A program made the translations under genes and the position numbers. Of a stretch of DNA of 64,000 bases, positions 1 through 14,946 are shown one piece after another. The stretch's first letter is position 1, and each line of letters opens with the position of its first letter. The notes beneath the pieces are model-generated. The model was not told the origin of the DNA and searched no databases. It saw nothing but the letters and a program-made list of their open reading frames with translations. Source of the stretch: Octopus vulgaris (Eukaryota); the NCBI GenBank assembly GCA_951406725.2, contig OX597824.1, positions 92,628,001-92,692,000 on the forward strand. Direction: 5' to 3'.

Positions 1-123
1 TGTATGTATGTATGTATGTATGTATGTATGTATGTATGTATGTATGTATGTATGTATGTATCTATCTATCTATCTATCTACCTATCTATCACTCTCTCTC
101 TATATATATATATATAGAGAGAG

Positions 124-196
<73 letters not shown>
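1..196. repeat. Compound microsatellite (TATG)n-(TATC)n-(TC)n-(TA)n-(GATA)n
   Basis: Tandem repeats read directly from the sequence. Confidence 0.97.
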
Positions 197-197
<1 letters not shown>

Positions 198-324
198 GAT
201 AGTGGTAGAACAATATACACCAGTATTTACTGGAAAGAGCAGACGATAATATACGACGCTATAATAAAGCTTCACTTTGTGTGTGTATATATATATATAT
301 ATATATAAATATGTACGTATGTAT

Positions 325-383
<59 letters not shown>

Positions 384-499
384 GTGAGAGAAAGAGAGAG
401 AGAGTTAGAGAGAGAGAGAGTGAAATTTTATTATAGTGTCGTATATTATCGTCTGCTATTTTCAGTAAATATTGGTGCATTGTTGTACCACTATCCTAT
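194..499. mobile_element. Fold-back MITE-like element with a microsatellite centre
   Basis: 194-276 (ataggatagtggtagaac...gcttcact) is the imperfect reverse complement of 419-499 (agtgaaatttt...ccactatcctat); the spacer is TG/TA/GA microsatellite. Confidence 0.75.
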
Positions 500-560
500 A
501 TTTACACCTTGATTTGATACTGCTTTGTTTTACTGAAAAGCAATACTGCTATTACTACTA

Positions 561-633
<73 letters not shown>

Positions 634-1560
634 CGTGTGTGTGTGCGCGTATGTGTATATGTATATATATGTATGTGTATGTATATATGTATGTACGATG
701 AATATATGTAAGTATGCACGTATGTGTGTGTGCGTTTGTAAATCTGAGTGCCTGTGTGTTTGTATTTATTAGATATGGGGGAATGTATTTTAAGGAAATG
801 ATGTATAAAACGAAAGAAATATTTAAAGAATGTTGGATAATATACAGTATATAGAAAGAAAAGGAACATCTCAATTAACCAAAGAGTTCAAGAAATAAAA
901 GAACATCTCAAATAAGGATTCAATCAATCAATCACATTCTCATGTAATAATTGAAACTAAATAAAGAATTGCAAACTCCAATAAATTCTTCCCCGAAGAG
1001 CAGTTAAACCCATTTTAAATTCCATGTAATTTCACACTCAGTGAGTTAAAATAAGAATACTGCGTCTAATATGATATCACGTACATCTCTCATTATATTG
1101 CATTCCAAATCTTTGCTTCTAGCAGAGAATCTTGTAAAAGTTGGTTATAATTTTAGACAAAGAATTCTAAATACTGGTTCTTTATTATTTGCTTCTTTTT
1201 CCAGTAATTAATGATGTGTTTATTTATAATTTTGTGATTATACCTGCGCGGAGTCAATAATTGTATCTCGGCCTACAAACACACAAGGAAATCTTATGGC
1301 TCACGTAAGGAACATGGAAAACGCGGAGTGGAAACAGGTTGCGTATATTTAATATACACATAGGTTCTAACACAGCGGGCACAGAGAGTATCTTTCTATC
1401 AACCACAAATATATAGACGTATACACTCACACACATTACTCACAAACATGCACACACATACACACATACATACACACACAAAAACAAACGCATATATATA
1501 TATGCATATATATATATACAGGTTTATATACATATAAACTTACATATGTATATATGTATG

Positions 1561-1603
<43 letters not shown>

Positions 1604-1918
1604 GACCGTAAATATAACTGTACATATGTTTTCATGTATTCTCATATCCACATTACACACACGCAGACATACACACACACATACACACACACATACACAC
1701 GCACGTACACACACACACACGTATATATATATATATATAATATATATATATATATAAGTGTTGGGTGGTGAGCGAATTGTTTTGTATGTGCGTGTTAAGA
1801 ATGGAGGTTCCGCACAGAATTAAAAAAATATAATAAACGTTTTGTGGTTGCCTGGAATAATATTTTGGTACTGAATCGTTAGTCAGACTTTTTTCTGCAA
1901 ATATACACATACATACAT

Positions 1919-1953
<35 letters not shown>

Positions 1954-2129
1954 TACATACATACATACATACATACATACATGCATGCATGCACACTACA
2001 TACATACATATGTTTATATATTTCGAATATATATATATGTATATATATACATATACATATACTCTTGTATATGTATACGTGTGTGTATGTGTGTGTATGT
2101 AAGTGTGTAAATATATGCATGTGTATATG

Positions 2130-2161
<32 letters not shown>

Positions 2162-2415
2162 AGTATGTATATATATATATATATATACACGCATACATAC
2201 ATACATTTGAATAAATATATATAAATATGCATCATGCACACTTATAATATATTATTATACGCGATCGCAAATATATTTATCTGCATATCTCACTTTATGC
2301 ATGCATGTTGTCAGTTGCTAGCACGGATATTATCAACTCTACGCATTCTTGCATAACTATGTAGTCAGATATTTTTTTGTATCTATAATCATACATCTCT
2401 TTATTCGGACACAAT

Positions 2416-2494
<79 letters not shown>

Positions 2495-2641
2495 CATATC
2501 CCGTTTCATGCATACATGAAATTAGTTGAAAACGTGGACATTATCTCCCTTTTGCATTCTTGCATAAATACATGTTAAAATGTATGTATACATTTCCATA
2601 AGCTTCATATGAATATCAATTCCATCCCTACATGTATGTCC

Positions 2642-2701
<60 letters not shown>

Positions 2702-3289
2702 ACATACATATATACGTATAATTATATATATATATATATATGCATATATACTTACATATAATTATATATATATATATATATATGCATGCATATATACTTA
2801 CATATAATTATATATATATATAATAAAGAGCCATTTATAGATATACATATATATATATATATATATACAGACAATTATATATAAATATAAATCATATATA
2901 AGTGTGTGTGTGTGTGTGTGTATTTCTTAATGCAGGTCTGTACATGTATTTTAGGCCACTTCTAATATTTGTGTTCATGTGTAATTTATTTTTTGTAATT
3001 ATGCTTTGCTATTTACAAATACCGTTAATTATTAGTTAATTCATTTTGCTAGTAGGCTAAGAAAAGATATTCGTAGATATTTTATTTCCTCATTGCAGAA
3101 GGCAATGTGAAAGTAAATTAATTTCTTCGCGCAGACTTGGAAATATCCCCTTACATTTTCAATCATTCCGATCAGAAAGAATAGAAAATTATGAAATAAA
3201 AAACCGTGCTCAGCTCAGAATATCATACGGCATTTTCACATGTATGGTATTTGAAAAAGGAAACTTATCACGCATACGCTGAGATATGT

Positions 3290-3710
<421 letters not shown>

Positions 3711-4964
3711 GATATGCTTAATCATACACATTATTATCAAAATACTCCTTGATGTACAAGAAAATTCCTCACGTTCCTACACACACTATCAGCCATTCGA
3801 AAACATCAACAGCAACAAATAGCTAGACAATTACAGAAATGAAGACGAACACTTATAAATAGTCTTGTGTGCAGTGACGTGTACATATGGGAATTGAATG
3901 CTCAGGGTATAATCACTGGACATAAATAGAAGGGTTTCAAAAGAAGGGAACCATTTTCTTACCTATTTCTATAATTGTTTGTCTTCCTTTTGTGTAGCAA
4001 GGAATGAAGTATCACTATTAAACAAAGCAACATTTCTGAGTTCTCGTGCTACCTGCGTTAATATCTAATATTTGTTTGCCGGCTGTGGTTGATTAATTTA
4101 GAAAGCTATTTTGATGTGAATCCATTATTATATGAAGTTTTCTAAGAAGTATGAAGAATCCTGTACGTCTTGAGTAGTCTTATTAGAAATAACGCCCCGA
4201 TATTTCCCTTATAAAACCCAGTCGTAATTATAAGGATTGAATTAATGATGAATTAAAATTAAATAAAATATACAATTGTTTTACAAAATCATTTAAATAA
4301 TGCACAGGGGACATTAACAAAATTTTTTTACCCCAGATCCTTAGCTTGATTAAGAACTATGAGACAAAACACATTACAAACGAGATGATCTAGGAGATTG
4401 ATTCAAAATCATTTAGATGCGAAACGAAATTTGAACTGCAGAACATTTGGCCAGTAAACCTCAATAATTTGGATTTTGTGTATCTATGAGTGCCGGCTAC
4501 ATATTCATATTTTTAAATAAAGAAGACCAGTCATACGATGATATGTTTGAGATAAAATGTCATTAAGATGGAACTGTTTAAATTATAAATTAATATGAGT
4601 GTGTGTTTGTGTGTATAGTGTTAATTAAATATAAGGAAATGGAGAAAAAATATAGTGGATACTTATTTAATTTTATTTCTATCACGATGAATAGTTATCA
4701 AATAATGTAATCCAAATAATATTTAAAGCAACAGAATTCACATAAGAAATTATCAAAAAGAGATGCCTACTTTTGTTTCAATTTGGCCAATAGGGGAACA
4801 TTGCATCGGATCATCTCGACCATGTGTCCGAATTTCATCAGAGCGAAATTTCTTACATATTGGTGTTAAATAACGAGTAAGATTTTTGAGGACCGTATTT
4901 TCAAATATATTCAAATAAAGGGAACAAAAACTTTTTTAGGAAAGGTATATATATATATATATAT

Positions 4965-5007
<43 letters not shown>

Positions 5008-5307
5008 TATTGATATATATATAAACATATAATATATATACATGCATATATATATATATGTATGTATGTATACAGATAAACAAGTTCATTCTAACATACA
5101 GAAAGGAACACATGGACAGAATCCAGTATACTTGTTGCACACATTCAACATCCCAAACTGTATAGAGATATAGCGATGGACGTAGACGCATGCAAACAAG
5201 CAAACAACTGTCGGAATCTTCTGCACCGCTTAAAGGCGATGTATCTAAATACAATATAGATACATACATATAGTATAGCAATTTGTTTACGCCGAATCAA
5301 AACTGAA

Positions 5308-5537
5308 TATATAAAAGATACAGTCACGCAACCAGTCATGCATAGAGCTCTGCCAATCGATATGGATGCATATGAAATAAATACGCTTTCAAAATAGACC
5401 GGCGCAGTATGTACGCAATACAAGAGCATATATCCACAGGCCACAGCATTTAACGGTGCAGCAGCATCAGTCGAGGCGTTACAACTACTTTTAATAGGTG
5501 CAATTAAGTTTGAAGAGAACGAATACAATTGGTAAGT
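5308..5537 (+). promoter_or_regulatory. Possible TATA promoter and first exon (weak)
   Basis: TATATAAAAG at 5308-5317, Inr-like CCAGTC at 5332-5337 and a consensus donor TG|GTAAGT at 5530-5537 in unique sequence. No homology support. Confidence 0.2.
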
Positions 5538-5825
5538 GTACATTTGGAGGAAGGGAACGGGATAAAGAAATGTTATTTTTAAATGCAATACAATAACAGG
5601 TACAAAAAGCATTTTAACAATTGAAGTGTGGTGGGTGAAGTAAAAGCTGATAAGAGAAAGCATTTTCACCCTTAGAAATGTTAAAAGGGCAGGTATTTAC
5701 CTGGAAGATCTTCCGAATAAATTTCAATGAAATACAAATCCTCGCGAAAGAATTTAACTTTTCGATGCATTTAAAAATTAGTACTCAGTGAAGGATGTAT
5801 TTTCGTAAATGTAAATTTACATACA

Positions 5826-6155
5826 CGCAGGAGTGGCTGTGTGGTAAGTAGCTTGCTTAACAACCATGTGGTTCCTCCTGGTTTAGTCCCACTGCATCGC
5901 ACAGTGGGCAAGTGTCTTCTGATATAGCGTCGGGCCTACCAAAGCCTAGCGAATGGAGTCGGTACAGGCAACCTGAAACAAGCCGTCGTATATATATATA
6001 TATATATATTGTCTTTGTAATATAGCTGTTCATTGAAAGAATTCGATTGAGTGAAAACACAAAATAGTAGTGAAGGCGAGTTTTTCAACTAAAGCACTCC
6101 AAGGCTGTGACCCGGTGTAGTGACAGGCCACGGCCTTAACCAAATAAAAGATAAA
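5826..6155 (+). mobile_element. tRNA-derived SINE, family B (CORE-like)
   Basis: Head gcaggagtggctgtgtggtaag, B-box-like ggtttagtccc, CORE-like gggcaagtgtcttc, internal (TA)n; many copies in the window. Confidence 0.8.
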
Positions 6156-6554
6156 ATATATGTGATGCTGGATGAAAAATAGTGATATCAACATGTTACG
6201 AGATAGTTTTATGAATTAGTTACTTAAATTGATTAAGCTAAGTAATATTTAGCAATTTGCATTCATATCGAATTTAAAACTCACAACCATTATATATTTC
6301 ATACACAGACATATCAACGAAGTCATCCTCTGTATCTTAAGGCATAGGTGTGTTGTTTGTACCTGTATTTGAAAGTATGTACTGTTATTCCTATAATACT
6401 TCCGATACCATTATTTTGCGTTGTTGCAAGTTCTTCTGAAATGCAGCTGTGAGATAATTGGTTTTACTAATTCCCGATTAAGAGGTCCAAAAAAGTTGTC
6501 TAAGTCTTTTGCCTTTTGCAGCTACTAAATACACTCACACACATACTTATATGG

Positions 6555-6902
6555 CTGTGTGTCTGTGTGTCAGCTTCTGTATGCGTGGTGTATATGTATA
6601 TCTCATTTGCGGACCCATGCAAAACGAACCTCCACCAACCACTCTGCCTATATATCTGTGCACCTTTCAATACTTGTATGCCAGAAAATTTACAAATCTA
6701 ATGGAGCCCTCAAAAGACATTTTAAGCTCCACAAAGATCAGAACATAACTGCAGCTCTTGGGAGTCCAAATCCGATGTGCAATCTATATGGACAACTTTT
6801 CAATATATTGTTTGGTTTCAAAAGCTACATCACACTCCAAGATGGATTTAAGGTGTAAGTAGGGGAAGCGGTCAGACTCTGCATAAGGAGTAGACAACCA
6901 CC
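6555..6902 (+). mobile_element. 3' end of a 5'-truncated RTE-type LINE (ORF2 C-terminal C2H2-like zinc fingers plus short 3' UTR)
   Basis: ORF 6559-6858 contains degenerate fingers (SHLRTH; CQKIYKSNGALKRHFKLH; CNL...GFKSY), then a stop, a ~45-nt UTR and a (TA)n tail, which fits RTE/BovB-like ends. Confidence 0.6.
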
Positions 6903-7048
6903 GTATATATATAAATATATATTATATATATATATGTACATGTATGTAAATTTATTTTAAATAAGGATAAGATCGTTAAGTAATTTATCGATCATTAACA
7001 AGTGGCCAGGATGGGAATAGCAACCTTCAAGAGGTAATTATTACTATT

Positions 7049-7330
7049 AAAATTATATTTTAGGTTATCCAAGAGATACCACCACGCTGGAAATAGCAGC
7101 CAAAATTTGAATCTAAAACCACATTAAATGTTCATACAGAACCAGGAGAGTAGACAAAAAGACAAGCATTTCTTATGCAAATCCAGAAATCCGGGATCTG
7201 GAATTATCCAGTAATTTTTTGCTAGTTTATTTTGTCCTTTTGTCTTCTCTGCTGATGCTGTATGAACATTTAATGTGGTTTTAGAGTGAACTTTTGGCTG
7301 CTATTTAGGATACCCTAAATTATAATTTTT
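7049..7330. mobile_element. Fold-back palindromic element
   Basis: aaatagcagccaaaa..tctaaaaccacattaaatgttcatacag (7091-7139) pairs with ctgtatgaacatttaatgtggttttaga..ttttggctgctattt (7258-7306); the outer aaaattatattttaggttatcc pairs with ggataccctaaattataatttt. Confidence 0.75.
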
Positions 7331-7440
7331 ATATACATGTATGTATGTATGTATGTATGTATGTATGTTTGTATATATACACGCACGCACATACGCATAA
7401 TTTCAAACACACTCACACACAGAGGGAGGCATAATATGTC

Positions 7441-7480
<40 letters not shown>

Positions 7481-8234
7481 CAATCGTGTATGTTTCATTG
7501 CGTGTATAGCGTATATAATTTTATATGTGGTTGTATATGAGTATAACAGCAAGGAATATAATTGCTATTACTCGTGTGAATTTATAGGAGAAAATGGCGC
7601 TTAATTATGTGAATAAACGAACGAAAATACCATATGTATATATATAAGAATATACGACATGATATCACGTGTTTATTGTTGTTGTTTTTTATGTGTGATA
7701 TAAACTAGTGCGTTGCAAGCATTACGGGGAACCTGGTTTGATTTCAGATAGGTGTTTAGCCAAGAATGAAAGCAATTAAATGTTTTGTTAATTATTCTTT
7801 CAGATATCATAAATTGTTACACGTAAACAGGCGCAACAAATCAAAAGAAAAAAAAAAAAAACGTATCACAATTAAATGTGGAAAATAGGGAAAAAAAAAT
7901 TCAGTTAATTTATATAAACAGTTTCATCAATTCCTTGCGATCAAATGGAAGAATATTTACCGTTTTTAAGTGCATACTTCACCGAAGGGCATTTATACAG
8001 ATGACAGAATGTATTAACACGATTGGGAATATACATGTTTTTGTATGCATATAATTATATACTGCTGTGTGAGTGTGTGTGTGTGCAAGTATATGTCGAA
8101 GAATCTGTACGGGCATGCTTAAATGAGCATGTACGTATGTGTGTGTGTGTTTCGTTTCTTTGCTTGTATGTATGTGTGCGTGTATGTGTGTATGTATTAT
8201 GCGCCTCAGTTTCAAAGAACGAGCGAAACTATGA

Positions 8235-8540
<306 letters not shown>

Positions 8541-9146
8541 ACTAAACTATATATTTGTGAATGTATATTTGTATTTACAAATATCTATGAATCTCTCTCT
8601 CTATATATATATAAATATGTGTGTGTGTATGTGTGTGAGTGTGTGTGTATGAGTGTACGTGAGTGTGTGTGAGCGCGCGTACTTGTGTGTACGAATGCTT
8701 ACATATAGATATTGGTATGAATGTGAGTGTGTGTGTGTCTTCTTCGATAGAATTTGTAGGATTGAAGTATGTTTCCTTGATATGAAGAACGCAATACGAA
8801 ATTCATCTTTTGAATGCCGAACTATTTTATTAAAACGTGTCACCCTGATCTTTGCAATCCCGAGTGGTCTTCAGTTTCCGTTCATATGAATATGCGTATC
8901 TTGAATGCAAGTATCTAGTCATGTATATAACTATATATGCGTTTTATAATCAGAAATATTTATGCCCATTATCTGTTACGCAGAAAGAACATATCGAGTA
9001 TAAATTCCTTTAAATGATATACAACTGGATATGACTACCTATGGTTTACCACGTGTGCCCATAAATTTCGTCTGTACGACTTTGAGGGTACGTTTACGCA
9101 TTTGTAAATGCGGATGCATCTGTGCATATGCTATATGCATATACCG

Positions 9147-9526
9147 TGACACTGCGTCGATTAGGACGACGAGGGTTCCAGTTGAGCCGATCAACTAAAC
9201 AGCCTGCTCGTGAAGTTAACGTGAAAGTGGCTGAGCACTCCACAGGTATGTGTGCCCTTAACGTAGTTCTAGTAGAGATTCAGCATGACACAGAGTTTGA
9301 CAAAGCTGCCTTTTTGAAATACGGGTGCAACAGAAACTGGAAGAAAGAGTGAGTCAATGTTGTGGTGAAAGCATGCAGTGGCATTCGCCACCAGTCCTTG
9401 TCAGAGCCTCGTGGAGCTTTAAGTGTTTTTGCTCAATAAACACTCACAACACCCGTTCTGGGAATCGAAACCGCGATCCTACGACCGTGAGTCCGCTACC
9501 CTAACCACTGGGCCATTGCGCCTCCA
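9147..9526 (-). mobile_element. tRNA-derived SINE, family D
   Basis: Reverse complement of tggaggcgcaatggcccagtggttaggg...gtttcgattccc (A/B boxes); the tail matches 62111-62489. Confidence 0.85.
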
Positions 9527-9566
9527 AATATGCATATCTACACGTATACATATGTATGTGTGTGTT

Positions 9567-9610
<44 letters not shown>

Positions 9611-9859
9611 TGTGTGTGTTTGTGTGTGTGTTTATGTGCTCCTTTTCGAAGCTTGATCACTTCTTGTTAGGTGTGTTTTTCTTTTTTGTTGTTTTTCTTT
9701 TCTGCAAGTGTACGTAAGTGACTTTTTAGCTTCCAGAATATTTGAAATTTGAATCACAATCGATGCTGTGAAGCTTACAGCGAGCAGCCAAAGGATTGTA
9801 CGCAATATGTCGTGTGACACGGACGCACGACAGAGCCGCAGATCAATCAAGAGTACGCA

Positions 9860-10156
9860 CGTCGCTTTTTCTTTCTTTATCTGCGGTATTGTTCATCCAT
9901 AATTAGTCCTCCAGGACCAGATCATCAACCGAAAGTTCTACTGCAATGATTTGAAGAATCTGAGGGAGGGTGTTCTGCAAAAACAACAGTATCTGTGCAT
10001 CGCGAAGAATTCTTCCCAATGATAAGGCACTCTGTCACCGAGATCTCCTCACTCGTGAGATTCTTTCGAACACCAACATGGTATCGCTTCCCCAACCACC
10101 CTATTCAACAGATTTAACACTTGGGGACTTTCATCTCTTCTACAAGATGAAAATGA
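9860..10156 (+). pseudogene. Mariner transposase catalytic-domain fragment
   Basis: Translates as ..GIVH.. then LPNDKALCH (compare HDNAPxH) and LPQPPYSTDLTLGDFHLFYKMK (compare YSPDLAPxDFxLF); frameshifted and ending where a SINE-C copy begins. Confidence 0.85.
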
Positions 10157-10159
10157 GGA

Positions 10160-10494
10160 GACCCCCTTCTGCCATGAGTGACCATGGGATTGCACCTAGA
10201 AAGTTACCCCGCCTAGGCACATGTCAGGGCAAGTTTGTTTATGGAAGACCAGCAGTCGCCCATGCACAACAGCCTCCTTTCTCCACACCACTGATGTTAT
10301 CAAAGAGAGAGGCAACGACCGATAAATCTTGGCACCAGTGATGTCGCTACTCATTTCTACAGCCGGGTTAACTGGATCAACGTGAAATAAAGTGTCTTGC
10401 TCAAAAACAGAACACAAAGCCCGGTCCGGGAATCGAACTCACAGCCTCACTGTCGTAAGCTCTACGCTGTAACCACTGAGCCACGCGCCTTCAC
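10160..10494 (-). mobile_element. tRNA-derived SINE, family C
   Basis: Reverse complement of gtgaaggcgcgtggctcagtgg...gttcgattccc..gagcaagacactt; homologous to 29604-29943. Confidence 0.88.
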
Positions 10495-11858
10495 TAGAGA
10501 TAAATGCTTCCCGTATAATATTCATATGTTCTTTAATGTTTGTTAACATCGTGAAATGTTACAAGATGTCACCTAGGTCAGTATTCAGCCTATTAAATTC
10601 TACTAAATATATCATACTATACTCAAATCTGGAATAGCCCATACATTTTGGTCTACTTTTGTTTGTGTTCACAGTAACAACTCTCACCTGAAGTATCTAT
10701 ATAAAAATAATAAAGTATAATGAAGTGAAGCATTCTGAAAGAGCTAATGGATCTAAAAAGTTTAAAAGACTGTCATAAATTCCGAGTAAATATTATACTA
10801 ATATCACATGAAATAGCAAATCTTTTTACTCTATGGGAAATTTTTACTGCGTCCACTTAAGAATATGCTGCTACGCCAATATGAAATGATCGGATACATA
10901 CAGCAGTGATGACATATGACAGTGATGACAGTTTGAATGGGAAACGATTCCCCAGCTACCATATTCGCTGAACATTGCCCCACTTGATTATCATTCATTC
11001 TGTAGTCTTTAAATTATTTGGGCGGAAAAAATATGAATTCTGTAGACGACGTAAGAATAGTACTGGAGAAGAATTCTTCCCAATTTCACTTGTCTGTGAA
11101 TTTGAGAAGAAAGGCCTTGCAACTCTACCAAACTATAAAACTTATTTGCGACATTAATACTCCCCAGAAAACATCTAATTCCAAACTTAAAGACTTTCAA
11201 CGATTCTTTCAAATAGCAATGCCGAATACTTTAAGAAATAGATATATTCACCTATCAGTATTGTTATATGATTCTAAAAATACGTAAATGAATTTAATAT
11301 TGCTGTAAATGTTGATGCTAAAATATCCCAAATTGTCAATGAGTTGATGGAACAGAATCGAGCTTTCTATGACATATTTTCCTTTTCAAAATTCTATTCG
11401 GTAATTTTACATGGAACAGAACAATTAGATTGAAATCGCTCAATGCAAAACTTTGCGCCCTAAGGAAACCGATTCTGAATAAAATAATGCGCAAATTTAA
11501 AATTAACTCCAGTCTAACTCGATGGGAATCACAGCTCAATACTTTGCCTTTTACGTAATTTAAAGAAATTATTTTTAAAGCCATGCATATATCTATGTGG
11601 GTGTGTATATCTATAAGTGTGTATGCAGCTATGCATCTCTCCCTGTGTATATGAATATTCTTTTTCATGACAAATAACATTAAGGCATATCTATCTCTAC
11701 ACACACAGTCTCCCTAAATCCTCTTGCAGATATGTGTGCATCTGTGAATGCCAGCGTCTTAAGTATCTATGTTTGTGTGCATACCGTACCGCTTTTACTT
11801 CTGTTTTCATAATTTCTGCTTACCTATTTTGTCTCATATATGTACATATATACATATC

Positions 11859-11915
<57 letters not shown>

Positions 11916-11937
11916 ATGCATATATATATATATATAT

Positions 11938-12122
11938 AGTGAATCTAAACAAAGAAGAAACAAAAACAACAACGCGAGGACGTGGTACAAATACTGTATT
12001 ATCAGACGACCAGGAAAGAAATGAAAGAGGATTTTTACCTTTCGAGCAAAGGTCTTCTTCGGAAATACAGGAAAGTCCAAAGGGAGGGATCTCGGAGGAA
12101 GATAATCGCCAACGATACACAC
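11938..12122 (-). mobile_element. PLE-terminus-like mini-element with a variant HHR-like motif
   Basis: Minus strand ttt-CCGAAGA-a-gacctttgctc-GAAA-ggta-aaa; homologous to 40243-40421 and 41907-42064; abuts (TA)n. Confidence 0.6.
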
Positions 12123-12166
12123 ATGGTTGGTGTGCAAAAAGATACGAAAATCGAACCAGTAGTGCA

Positions 12167-12212
12167 TCCATATAAACGTTACCGTAAATCCGGCTTCCGT
12201 CTTCAGGGTGGA
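12167..12212 (-). ncRNA. Degenerate PLE-type hammerhead-like motif
   Basis: Minus strand tccacc-CTGAAGA-cggaagccggatttacg-GTAA-cgtt; the GAAA box is mutated. Confidence 0.35.
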
Positions 12213-12409
12213 AGGATTGGCATTTCGTAAATATCCGTATGCATTCCAACAAAACTTTATTTCTGAAGCTGAATAAAACTGCCATTAAATCATATATTTA
12301 AATTCTACCAAATATTTATGAGTTACATTTTCCTTCTTTTGTCAACTTACCCGTAAATATATAAGTAAATAAATAAATGTGTGTTTGAGTTGGACCGCTG
12401 AAAACTAAC

Positions 12410-12556
12410 CGTCATTTTCGTTCTCTCTGTTTATTTCACCTTACCCCTTTCTCTTGAAGAGCGTAGGCTTTTTCATTTTTTCCCGAGCGTCAAACTAATA
12501 CACTTGCTTGTTGCTTCTACACCTTCTTCGTCTTTTGTTGTTCTATAAATTTCAAC

Positions 12557-12558
<2 letters not shown>
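12410..12558 (+). mobile_element. PLE-terminus-like mini-element (gaagagcgtaggctc family), HHR part deleted
   Basis: ctcttgaagagcgtaggct...cccgagcgtcaaactaata...ttcaactata is shared with 26322-26506, 38773-38905 and 47150-47295; ends in (TA)n. Confidence 0.6.
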
Positions 12559-12606
<48 letters not shown>

Positions 12607-12946
12607 TGTTTATTTGTATATTCGTATGTCTATGAGCGTGTGTTCTGCTCAGCAAAAGTGTTTACGTTTAAGGCAAGAGTAATCTTTACACTGGTCTACA
12701 AAGCCCAACGATTCGAAAAAAGATAGATTGGCAAATTAAATTAAATATTAGGGTTGTAGTAATCAACAACATCACTTAAAGGCTGTGAATCAGTCTGGCT
12801 ATCGTCCAATTACACAAACAAGTAAAATGAAAAAAAGCACACAAGAGCACACACACACACACACACAGACGCACAGACACACACACACACAAACACATAT
12901 ATATATACACATATGTATACATATACATATATATATATATAATATG

Positions 12947-12978
<32 letters not shown>

Positions 12979-13015
12979 TATACATATACATATATATATA
13001 TATAAATCTATATAC

Positions 13016-13100
<85 letters not shown>

Positions 13101-13194
13101 TTATTACTCTAATCCAATAACAGTTGGCATTCCGCCAAACTATATCCCACTTCCTCACTTAAGACATTGAAAAATTCTGTTATTATGTGAATAT

Positions 13195-13198
13195 TATC

Positions 13199-13247
<49 letters not shown>

Positions 13248-13300
13248 CCACCATCATCATCACCATCGTCATCATCAGCGTCATCATCATCATCATTATT
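13195..13300. repeat. (CAT)n microsatellite
   Basis: Tandem repeat read directly. Confidence 0.95.
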
Positions 13301-13589
13301 GCTATGATTATCAGTTGAAAGTATAAGCGAATCGCCTGAGAGGCTGAACCATTGGAGGAGGGGAATTTTGATGTGATTAATTCATTTGTTCCTTTTCGCT
13401 CAAACTTTTGTTCACTTCTAGGTTTATCACTTTCGTTTTACTGATAAACTTAGGTGGAAACATATAAAATATGTTACTCACCAGTTACATATACCTACTA
13501 CATAAACACACACGTGCGTGTGCGCACACATACGCATGTGCACACACAAACACTCGCGCGCACATACATGTACATATAGGAGTTTGAAT

Positions 13590-13802
13590 ATACTCTTTAA
13601 CTCTTTTACTTGTTTCAGTCATTTGATTGTGACTCTGCCGGAGCACCGCCTTTAGTCCAGCAAATTGACCCCAGAGCTTATTCTTTGTAAGCCGAGTACT
13701 TATCCTATCGGTGTCTTTTGCCGAACCGATAAGTTGCAGGGACGTAAATACCCCAGCATCATGTGGTTGGTAAGCAAGCTACTTACCACACAGCCACTCC
13801 TG
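13590..13802 (-). mobile_element. SINE family B, internally deleted
   Basis: The tail (ctcttttacttgtttcagtc..ggagcaccgcc) is joined directly to the head (atgtggttggtaagcaagctacttaccacacagccactcc). Confidence 0.85.
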
Positions 13803-14035
13803 TTGATATTTGTCATGTAGTTCATACTTTCTCTCATAACAGAGCATATAGTGTGGCTCATCTTTGTATTGGTTGATGGAATGTCTGTAATAATTGTTGG
13901 AGTAAGCATTTCAGGAAGCCAACTTGCCTCTGAGGAATCTAGTTTGCTCAATAGGAAAAGCAAAAATTACGTTCTTCCTTTAACAACTTCCTAGCTCTAA
14001 GTAGTCTTTGACTTGCAAACGAAACAATAAAGATA

Positions 14036-14420
14036 ATAATCCTTTGTACGATAGGCACATGGTCTGAATTTATTTGGTTGGTGGGTAGAGGATCACATCA
14101 ACGCCAGTGTCAAAATGGTACCTATTCTATCGACCCAGAAAAGATGAAAAGTAAAGCCGACCTCGGCAGAATTTGAACTCAGGACGTAGCAGCAGACGAG
14201 ATACCTATTTCTTTACTACCCACAAGGGGTTAAACACAGAGGGTGCAAACAAGGACAGACAAACGGATTAAGTCGATTACATCGACCCCAGTGCGTAACT
14301 GGTACTTATTCTATCGACCCTGAAATGATAAAAGGCAAAGGTGACCTCGTCGGAATTTGAACTCAGGACGTAGCGGCAGACGAAATACCAATAAGCATTT
14401 CGCCCGGGGTGCTAACGACC
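14036..14420 (-). mobile_element. SINE family A dimer (Meta/MESC-like domain)
   Basis: Two tandem reverse-complement copies of gagttcaaattccgccgaggtcgactttgcctttcatcctttcggggtcgat. Confidence 0.85.
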
Positions 14421-14709
14421 ATTCCAGGATAACGATGATGCTAATCGTCGGTGATTTATGCCAATATTTTAAAAGGTGAGGTTTCGACGATTAATTCAAT
14501 TCCAATTCTTGAGTGGTACGTTAATTAGTTGATTGGGTAGATGACGGATGCGTGAATTGAAATTAGAATGGAAATAGCGGGAAGAATACATTAACGCAAA
14601 GTAACAAAGTATTATAGTTGAAATAGTTAAGAAACTTACACATATACACACACACAAACACTAAGACTAAGACAAACATATAAACACTGTATACATATAT
14701 GTATATATG

Positions 14710-14750
<41 letters not shown>

Positions 14751-14915
14751 CACATATATATACGCATATATATATATATACATACATATATATACATATA
14801 TATATACATTTATATATATATGCATTTGTACATATATGTATATATATACATATATATACATGCATATATACATATATGTATATATATACATATATATACA
14901 TGTATATATATGTAT

Positions 14916-14946
<31 letters not shown>

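Noticed and set aside
6559-6858. Host C2H2 zinc-finger gene
   Set aside because: The fingers are degenerate, lack TGEKP linkers and end in a LINE-like tail; better explained as an RTE ORF2 C-terminus.
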